From positions 1 through 26,286 of IMG/VR virus record IMGVR_UViG_3300030098_000859: a stretch of 26,286 bases of DNA. One strand, 5' to 3'. Under the pieces are notes generated by a model, which made no database searches, was not told the DNA's origin, and saw only the letters and a list, made by a program, of their open reading frames with translations. Each line of letters begins with the position of its first letter. Position 1 is the stretch's first letter. This DNA comes from a virus (Duplodnaviria > Caudoviricetes). Of this stretch, positions 1 to 6,157 are shown piece by piece. The position numbers and the translations under genes were made by a program.

Positions 1-2
1 TC

Positions 3-2570
3 AAAACAGATAATACTACCAGATTAACGATTGATGATACAACTGGTGATGCTACTTTTGTTAATGAAATCACAGCTACGGAAGAAATTACAACTAAGGC
101 AAGTTTACAAGTTCAAACTGGTGGTGGTTCAGCTATTGGAAGCATTACAAGTGATAGCGGTGATTTATCAATACAAGGTGATGGCGATAGAGACGTGGGG
201 ATAGGCTCTGCAAATAATAAAAATGTATTATTTGTTAATGCTGTAAATAGCCGTGTGGGAATTGGTACGGCTTCTCCAGACCAAACATTGCACATTCATA
301 AAGCATCTGCTGGTAGCATAGCAAGTGATTCTAATACTGTATTAACTGTTGAAAATAGCGACCATTCATTAATATCAATTTTATCGCCAGAAGCAAAAGA
401 TGGGGCTGTTATGTTTGGCAATCCTACTGATGGTGCTTTGGATGGTAGATTGGTTTATGACAATGCAGATAGAGCATTACAATTCTGGACTGCTGGAACG
501 CAGAGAGTTACTATTGATTCCAACTCCAGAATCTCACTTACAAATAATGATAGTGGCGGTACTGGTGGTTCAGATGGCACAAGTGCGAATACAATCTTTG
601 GATATTTGGCTGGTGAGGACATCGCATCGGGTGGTGTAGATAACACCTATTTCGGACACAAGGCAGGCTCAAATAACGCTACTGGCGATGACAATACTTT
701 CATTGGTTCAAATGCTGGTAAAGGAGTTCATGGAAATAGTAATGACGACAATACTGGTATTGGCTCTGATTGTATGTTGGCAATCACAACAGGAACAAGA
801 AATACAGCAGTAGGAAGAGGTGCTGGCGATAATCTTAGTACAGTAAATAGAACTGTTTTAATGGGTGATTCTGCTGGAAGTGGAGTAATGACTACAGGCG
901 GTAGCATGCCAAGTAATGCAGACGGAACAGTAGCCGTTGGATATTCTGCTCTTTATGCATTGACAACTGGGTTTGGTAATGTAGCAATAGGTTATCAAGC
1001 TTTAGAAGATAATGAAACTGGTGTTTACAATACAGCCGTAGGATTCACAGCTCTTGCAAATACTACTAACAATTATAATACAGCAGTAGGGTATGCATCT
1101 CTTGTTACAGTTGTAGGTGGCGGTGGAAATACTGCAATGGGGCATGAATCTTTATATCATAATTCAAGTGCAAGTGCCAATACTGGAATTGGTTATCAGG
1201 CTGGATTTTATACTACAGGAGCAAGCAACACCTATGTCGGTTATTCTGCTGGTAAAGGAGGGTCTGGTGCAGATTCAGAAAATGTTGGAATTGGAAAAGA
1301 AAGTTTACTTGATATAACATCTGCATCTGGAGTTGTAGCAGTCGGTACTGAAAGTGCATATAATATTACTTCTGGAAGTGAATCTGTAGCAATCGGTAAA
1401 CAGGCTCTATACACAGCCACTGATGTAGGTGCTAATACGGCAGTTGGTTATCAAGCATTAAAATTTAATACAGTTGCAAATAATACAGCAGTTGGACACT
1501 CGGCTTTATTAAATAATAGTTCTGGAACTGGAAATGTCGCAGTAGGTGCTTCAGCTGGACTTGGGTTGGTTGATTCTTCTGATTGTACTTTGATTGGTTA
1601 TATGGCTGGTGAGGATATAGATTCAAGTGGCTCTACTCCACAAGAATGTACTTATATTGGTTCTTATGCTGGGCGATTTTTAGATGATGGTTCTTTAAAC
1701 ACAGCGGTCGGTCACGGAGCAATGGAAGGTACTACTGGTGGTAGTTCTTGTATAGAAAATGTCGCTGTTGGACGCCACGCCATGACTGCAATTACAACTG
1801 GTGATTATAATGTAGCAGTAGGAGCATCTGCTCTTGATGCAATTACGACTTCTTCTAATAATACAGCTGTCGGGTATAATGCACTTACTTCTTGTGGAGA
1901 TAGTTATTCTAATGTTGCGGTAGGTAGAGATGCTGGAAACACAATTACAAATTCTGGGGCATTTAACACTTGTATTGGCACAAGTTCAAATGTAACTGGT
2001 GGTGCGGCTATGTATCAGATTGCAATAGGATATTCACAAACAGCAACTCAAGATAATGAAACTGTTATTGGTCAATCTATTTGGAAAACAGTAACTAAGT
2101 CAGTTACTTGCAATAAAGGTGGCGATGATGCAAATGACCCAGCACATACAACTGCAATATGTAAGATACCTCGATATGCAGTTATTACAAAGGCTTGTGC
2201 ATTAGTAACTCAATTAAGTAATCAAGGAAACCACACTTTAAAACTTTGTTTATCTACAGATAGTAGTGGAACAGATGGAACTGTTTTAAATAATGTTCAA
2301 GATTTAATTAGTACAAGCGTTGAATGTTGGTCTGGTCGTGCGGCTGATGGAACAAATAATGGTATAGCAGTTGGTAGTGGAGATACAAATAAAGTAGGAT
2401 ATGCCGCAAGTGCTTTAGGAACAGATACAGCATTATCTACATTAGATACAACTAGTGCAGATTTATATGTTTACTTAGCACATAATGATAATAATTATAG
2501 TGGTAGCGACACAGACCCTACAACAGCACCAATTGTTGAAGTTTTAATTGAATATGTAGGTATGGATTAA
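3..2570 (+). CDS. Tail fibre / receptor-binding protein with ~14-aa N-T-A-V-G repeats (5'-truncated)
   Basis: The frame is open from nt 3 (KTDNTTRLTIDD...), so the track start at 195 is internal. Contains a VGIGTASP..LHI phage-fibre motif, many N[TV]A[VI]Gxx[AS] repeats (trimeric beta-roll/beta-helix type) and a distinct non-repetitive C-terminal domain of about 160 aa. Confidence 0.85.
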   Translation, partial: KTDNTTRLTIDDTTGDATFVNEITATEEITTKASLQVQTGGGSAIGSITSDSGDLSIQGDGDRDVGIGSANNKNVLFVNAVNSRVGIGTASPDQTLHIHKASAGSIASDSNTVLTVENSDHSLISILSPEAKDGAVMFGNPTDGALDGRLVYDNADRALQFWTAGTQRVTIDSNSRISLTNNDSGGTGGSDGTSANTIFGYLAGEDIASGGVDNTYFGHKAGSNNATGDDNTFIGSNAGKGVHGNSNDDNTGIGSDCMLAITTGTRNTAVGRGAGDNLSTVNRTVLMGDSAGSGVMTTGGSMPSNADGTVAVGYSALYALTTGFGNVAIGYQALEDNETGVYNTAVGFTALANTTNNYNTAVGYASLVTVVGGGGNTAMGHESLYHNSSASANTGIGYQAGFYTTGASNTYVGYSAGKGGSGADSENVGIGKESLLDITSASGVVAVGTESAYNITSGSESVAIGKQALYTATDVGANTAVGYQALKFNTVANNTAVGHSALLNNSSGTGNVAVGASAGLGLVDSSDCTLIGYMAGEDIDSSGSTPQECTYIGSYAGRFLDDGSLNTAVGHGAMEGTTGGSSCIENVAVGRHAMTAITTGDYNVAVGASALDAITTSSNNTAVGYNALTSCGDSYSNVAVGRDAGNTITNSGAFNTCIGTSSNVTGGAAMYQIAIGYSQTATQDNETVIGQSIWKTVTKSVTCNKGGDDANDPAHTTAICKIPRYAVITKACALVTQLSNQGNHTLKLCLSTDSSGTDGTVLNNVQDLISTSVECWSGRAADGTNNGIAVGSGDTNKVGYAASALGTDTALSTLDTTSADLYVYLAHNDNNYSGSDTDPTTAPIVEVLIEYVGMD

Positions 2571-2590
2571 CAATAACTAAAGGACAAATA

Positions 2591-2875
2591 ATGAAATGGT
2601 CTAAATATAGTACATTGAAATCTGCAAAAAAGGTTGCATTTGAAAAAGTTGCTGAAGTAAAAGATAGCGATGACAATGTAACAAAAGAAGCTCATGTTGT
2701 CTTGGCTCAGAAACGCTTTGATGGTGAAACTGGTGAAGCCTTAGATGATTCAAAACAAGAATGGTCTTTATCTGAATTAGAAATAGAAAAGGCTCGTTAT
2801 GATTCAGAGATTGTAAGTGCAAAAGCAGAAAGTGATGAACTAGCAAAAGCAATAGAAGATTTTAAAAAACTTTAA
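2591..2875 (+). CDS. Hypothetical protein, possibly tail-fibre associated (C-terminal coiled coil)
   Basis: 94-aa ORF with AAGGA upstream, directly after the fibre gene; helical acidic C-terminus. Confidence 0.6.
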   Translation: MKWSKYSTLKSAKKVAFEKVAEVKDSDDNVTKEAHVVLAQKRFDGETGEALDDSKQEWSLSELEIEKARYDSEIVSAKAESDELAKAIEDFKKL

Positions 2876-2896
2876 TTAACTAACAAGGAGTCAATA

Positions 2897-3169
2897 ATGG
2901 CGAAAAAAGAAAAAGAACAAAAGCCAGTCTTGAATCTTGATGGAGAAGAATACATCATCGAAGATATGACTGATTCACAAAAAGAACTTGCAGGTCAGGT
3001 TGCATTAAACCAAGACCATGTAAGAGATATACAAAACAAGCTGAATACGAATGCTTTCATGCGACAACAATTAGTTGAATGTGAAAAAGCATTTGTAGAG
3101 AAGTTCCAAAAAGGTTTAGCAGAGCTTAAAAAAGCTTTAGAACCTGAAGAAGTAAAGGATGAAGCATGA
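2897..3169 (+). CDS. Hypothetical coiled-coil protein, possible fibre assembly chaperone
   Basis: 90 aa, AGGAG at 2886-2890; LDGEEYIIEDMT followed by a heptad-like helix. Function inferred from position only. Confidence 0.6.
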   Translation: MAKKEKEQKPVLNLDGEEYIIEDMTDSQKELAGQVALNQDHVRDIQNKLNTNAFMRQQLVECEKAFVEKFQKGLAELKKALEPEEVKDEA

Positions 3170-3319
3170 AAATTAAAGGAGTTTCATTAAGTGGTTTATA
3201 TGAAAAGACATTCTAAGCATCATACTGGTAAGCATTTAAAAGAAATGGTTTCTTTAATGAAAAAAGGTAAAACATTTACTGACTCTCATAAATTAGCAAT
3301 GAAGAAAGTTGGTAAATAA
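3166..3319 (+). pseudogene. Small basic His-rich protein split across two frames (3166-3216 and 3200-3319)
   Basis: ATG 3166 (AAGGA upstream, ATGA overlap with the previous stop) reads MKIKGVSLSGLYEKTF*. The +1 frame from ATG 3200 reads MKRHSKHHTGKHLKEMVSLMKKGKTFTDSHKLAMKKVGK*. Confidence 0.45.
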
Positions 3320-3338
3320 CAAATAGGAGATTATAATT

Positions 3339-3422
3339 ATGCCTAAAGGAACATACGGCAAATCGTCTAAGAAAAAAAAGACACAAACTAAAAAGAAAAC
3401 CAAAAAGCGTAGTGGTTATTAA
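3339..3422 (+). CDS. Tiny Lys-rich basic protein (27 aa), not in the ORF track
   Basis: AGGAG at 3325-3329; MPKGTYGKSSKKKKTQTKKKTKKRSGY*. Confidence 0.65.
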   Translation: MPKGTYGKSSKKKKTQTKKKTKKRSGY

Positions 3423-3441
3423 TAAAGAAAGCTGGTAAACA

Positions 3442-3894
3442 ATGATCATAAGAAGGTGTAGTCAGGGTCATCATATTAGGCTCCATAAAAATACAACCCC
3501 GGGTGCTACCCGTGTAAAGACCTATCCTGATGGAACCAAGGAGACTCTGACATACCCTTCGTCTTATTCATATTTTGTAGATGTAGATGGCGAGATTGAA
3601 AAAAGAAGCAATAGCTTTAAGGTTATCGAAGAGTTCTATGTATCTGAATGTGCTAAAAAACACGGAGATGGGCATGGAAGACTGCTTATTGGTAAACACC
3701 ATTTGATAAATGGAATAGCGACAGATCAAAATGACTACCCTTCAGATTCCAATACAAAAGCAGAAATAAAAGATTTTTATGATAAAAGAAATATATCTTA
3801 TGGAAACACTGAAACAAAAGCTCAGTTATTATCTAGGATAGGACATCATTACGATGTAAACGATAATATAATAGCAAATTTTATAAAGAGATAA
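3442..3894 (+). CDS. Hypothetical protein with C-terminal HeH/LEM-like helix-extension-helix
   Basis: 150 aa; PSDSNTKAEIKDFYDKRNISYGNTETKAQLLSRI fits the T-x-A-E-[IL]-K...Y...K-A-x-L HeH pattern. Confidence 0.6.
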   Translation: MIIRRCSQGHHIRLHKNTTPGATRVKTYPDGTKETLTYPSSYSYFVDVDGEIEKRSNSFKVIEEFYVSECAKKHGDGHGRLLIGKHHLINGIATDQNDYPSDSNTKAEIKDFYDKRNISYGNTETKAQLLSRIGHHYDVNDNIIANFIKR

Positions 3895-4187
3895 TGAACA
3901 ATCCAGTAGCGAAATTAGTATCATGGCAGATAAGAACAGGGCAGCTTGATTGCTGGACCAGTTATCATTTAGCAGCAGGTGCATTTTTATGTAAAATATT
4001 CCAATGGTTCAACTGGAGTGATTTTTGGTGTGTGATGGGAGTATTCATTATTGGCGTTCTATGGGAGATATTTGAGTGGTTTGTTGAAGGAGACGAGGAA
4101 ACCTATGGCTCCAAAGAAAAATGGGCGTATAACACAGCATCTGATCTCATAGTAGAAACTGCTATGGCATGGTGGATGGTATTGTAG
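3894..4187 (+). CDS. Small integral membrane protein (VanZ/DUF2238-like H..WExxE..NxxxD signature)
   Basis: 97 aa, three hydrophobic segments with D-x-W-T-x-x-H, LWEIFE and NTASD. Confidence 0.6.
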   Translation: MNNPVAKLVSWQIRTGQLDCWTSYHLAAGAFLCKIFQWFNWSDFWCVMGVFIIGVLWEIFEWFVEGDEETYGSKEKWAYNTASDLIVETAMAWWMVL

Positions 4188-4196
4188 GAGTTAGTA

Positions 4197-4514
4197 ATGG
4201 CTAAAGGAATTAGAAAATATACTGCAGCTGAAGCAACGTCTTTGGCTATTGGTCAAATGGGATTTGATCTTATCGCAGAACATGATACAAATTATTCAAG
4301 TCCAGACTCAGGTTCTTGGGTTGCAATACAGGCGTTAGGTAAAGATAGTAGCGGAACTACTGAATTTTTAAAATTAAAAGCAACTTGCAATATTGGAGAC
4401 AATCTTAATTCTGCTTATTTTTATTTGATACCGGGAGAGATCCTATATGGTAATTTTGCAACTATCCTTAATCATACAGATTCTACAGCAACATGCATAG
4501 CTTACAGAGGATGA
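4197..4514 (+). CDS. Hypothetical beta-rich protein, probably virion-associated
   Basis: 105 aa, AGGAG at 4186-4190; short beta-strand pattern ending CIAYRG. Confidence 0.6.
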   Translation: MAKGIRKYTAAEATSLAIGQMGFDLIAEHDTNYSSPDSGSWVAIQALGKDSSGTTEFLKLKATCNIGDNLNSAYFYLIPGEILYGNFATILNHTDSTATCIAYRG

Positions 4515-4624
4515 GAAGAACAAAGCGAATAAAGAAAAGGCTAAACATGATGAAGCCTAAAAAATTAAGTTTGTTTCAAAGGCTTAAAAAATGGTTCAAG
4601 TCTAAACTGTGGAGTTCTAAATGA
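4511..4624 (+). CDS. Small very basic amphipathic peptide (37 aa)
   Basis: ATGA overlap with the previous stop; MRRTKRIKKRLNMMKPKKLSLFQRLKKWFKSKLWSSK*. Confidence 0.5.
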   Translation: MRRTKRIKKRLNMMKPKKLSLFQRLKKWFKSKLWSSK

Positions 4625-4713
4625 ACTATAAGATAAAAAAATTAAAAAGCGGAGATTTTAAAGTTGTTAGTACGAGTTATGACATTCCTATTAATTATGT
4701 TTATATTGATTAG
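4621..4713 (+). CDS. Small hypothetical peptide (30 aa)
   Basis: GGAG at 4611-4614 and ATGA coupling; MNYKIKKLKSGDFKVVSTSYDIPINYVYID*. Overlaps the next ORF in another frame. Confidence 0.35.
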   Translation: MNYKIKKLKSGDFKVVSTSYDIPINYVYID

Positions 4714-4765
4714 TTTAACTGGATGCGATTCTGGTTGGTCAGTATGTGGCTGGGAGGTTAAGTGA
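4664..4765 (+). CDS. Miniature lipoprotein (lipobox LTG-C, 13-aa mature peptide)
   Basis: GGAG 4651-4654, TTG start at 4664 (alternative ATG 4679): MLVRVMTFLLIMFILISLTGC-DSGWSVCGWEVK*. The stop overlaps the GTG start of the next gene. Confidence 0.6.
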   Translation: MLVRVMTFLLIMFILISLTGCDSGWSVCGWEVK

Positions 4766-5061
4766 GTGGGAAGCCTGAAACTGCACGAAGCTACAGAGGT
4801 ACAGTCGTTGATGATAATGCCGTTATATCAATTAATATTAAATGGCTACTTCAATCAGCGGTGGTTATTGCAGGTCTTGTTTATTCATATTACTCAGTTA
4901 TTCAAAGGATCGCAGAGTTAGAGAGAAAAATGTCAGACGCTAATAATACAATTACAGAGTTAGTTGAAAAACACATAGTAGAAGAGCAAGAAAGATTTGC
5001 TGAGATGGAAGAAGAGTTAAAGTGGTACGAAAAAGCTTTAGGTAAAAAGAAGAAGAAATAA
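4762..5061 (+). CDS. Single-TM + coiled-coil membrane protein (i-spanin/holin-like candidate)
   Basis: Hydrophobic WLLQSAVVIAGLVYSYYSVI followed by a heptad helix and a basic tail; upstream of the endolysin. Confidence 0.55.
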   Translation: MSGKPETARSYRGTVVDDNAVISINIKWLLQSAVVIAGLVYSYYSVIQRIAELERKMSDANNTITELVEKHIVEEQERFAEMEEELKWYEKALGKKKKK

Positions 5062-5378
5062 TGGATTTTATGGCAATATATGGTGAAGCAGGAATGATCG
5101 GTGTGGTTGGAGTTATGTTTGTATATCTTGTTATGTCCTTATCTAAAAAATCAGAAGCACAGCAACAAGCATTAGAAAATTTAAAGATCGAGAATAAAGG
5201 TCAGAGTGAAACACTTGAAAACATGGAAGGCATGGTAATAAAACTTATCAACAGGTGGAACCAATCAGATGATAAACTAGATAGAAAGTTTGATGCTATC
5301 ACCAAAGAAATAAATGATCTTGATAATCAGGTATCAGAATTAAAAGGCTCTATGAGTCGTATAAATGGAAGGAGCTAA
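5061..5378 (+). CDS. N-terminal TM + coiled-coil protein (lysis-cassette membrane protein)
   Basis: GMIGVVGVMFVYLVMSL TM segment then a long coiled coil; TAATG coupling at both ends. Confidence 0.55.
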   Translation: MDFMAIYGEAGMIGVVGVMFVYLVMSLSKKSEAQQQALENLKIENKGQSETLENMEGMVIKLINRWNQSDDKLDRKFDAITKEINDLDNQVSELKGSMSRINGRS

Positions 5379-5524
5379 TGGATAGTTTAAAAGTAACAGG
5401 ATTAAGTACGGGCTTAGGTATGGTCTACTATACAGATCTTATATCAGGAGTATTGATGTGCATTATGTTTGCGATCAATATCTATTACTTAATATTAAAA
5501 GCAAAGAAAATGAAGGAGTCTTAA
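5378..5524 (+). CDS. Putative holin (48 aa), not in the ORF track
   Basis: GGAG + TAATG start; MDSLKVTGLSTGLGMVYYTDLISGVLMCIMFAINIYYLILKAKKMKES*, with 1-2 hydrophobic segments and a basic C-terminus, two genes before the endolysin. Confidence 0.55.
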   Translation: MDSLKVTGLSTGLGMVYYTDLISGVLMCIMFAINIYYLILKAKKMKES

Positions 5525-5525
5525 T

Positions 5526-5753
5526 ATGGACCTAAAGAAAATGTTAGTTGAACTAGCTGAAGCTCAAGCAGATAAAATGAGAGAAGAAGCTGTTAATCAT
5601 CTTGGATCTGAAGAGATGACAGAAAAAATAGCTAGTGCTATCAATAAAAGAATTGACATTCCGTTTGTGTCTGAAGATAAAGAACAGATATTTTTTGAAA
5701 AAGTAGTAGATGTTGTTACGGATGTATTAGAAGGTGTATTTAAAGGAAAATAA
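5526..5753 (+). CDS. Hypothetical acidic helical protein
   Basis: 75 aa, AGGAG 5514-5518; INKRIDIPFVSEDKE core. Confidence 0.6.
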   Translation: MDLKKMLVELAEAQADKMREEAVNHLGSEEMTEKIASAINKRIDIPFVSEDKEQIFFEKVVDVVTDVLEGVFKGK

Positions 5754-5755
5754 CT

Positions 5756-6154
5756 ATGCCAAAGTTCGGAAAAAGAAGTAGGGAAAGATTGCGTGGTGTC
5801 GATTCTAAACTTGTTAATGTCTTAAACGAGGTAGTTAAACACTTTGATATCACTGTAATAGAGGGTCTTAGAAGTCAAGAGAGGCAAAATGAACTTGTTA
5901 AGCAAGGAAAGTCTAAAACAAAATTTGGTAAACATGTTCTCGGAAAAGCTGTGGATATCGCTCCTTATCCTATTGACTGGGATGCTCGTGATGATTTCCA
6001 TTATTTGGGCGGTTTCGTTTTGGGAATCGCCTCAAAGTTGGGGGTTGATGTAAGATGGGGTGGAGACTGGAATGCATCAAGTATGTATAAAGGTAAAAGA
6101 ACAACAAAAGATAACAATTTTGATGACCTTGTGCATTTTGAATTGAAAGAGTAA
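5756..6154 (+). CDS. Endolysin, peptidase M15 family (T5-like L-alanyl-D-glutamate peptidase)
   Basis: EGLRSQERQ, GKHVLGKAVD (His/Asp Zn ligands), WGGDW and DLVHFE: the M15C motif set. Confidence 0.9.
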   Translation: MPKFGKRSRERLRGVDSKLVNVLNEVVKHFDITVIEGLRSQERQNELVKQGKSKTKFGKHVLGKAVDIAPYPIDWDARDDFHYLGGFVLGIASKLGVDVRWGGDWNASSMYKGKRTTKDNNFDDLVHFELKE

Positions 6155-6157
6155 TGT

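Noticed and set aside
600-2070. Periodic repeats as a possible CRISPR array or DGR template/variable repeat
   Set aside because: The repeats are degenerate at DNA level and conserved only as protein; no identical direct repeats, no adenine-specific repeat pair noticed, no reverse transcriptase or cas gene.
113-2852. Short alternative-frame or antisense ORFs (113-295, 400-639, 455-646, 1117-1317, 2601-2852)
   Set aside because: They lie within better-supported + strand genes, have no RBS and read as shadow translations.
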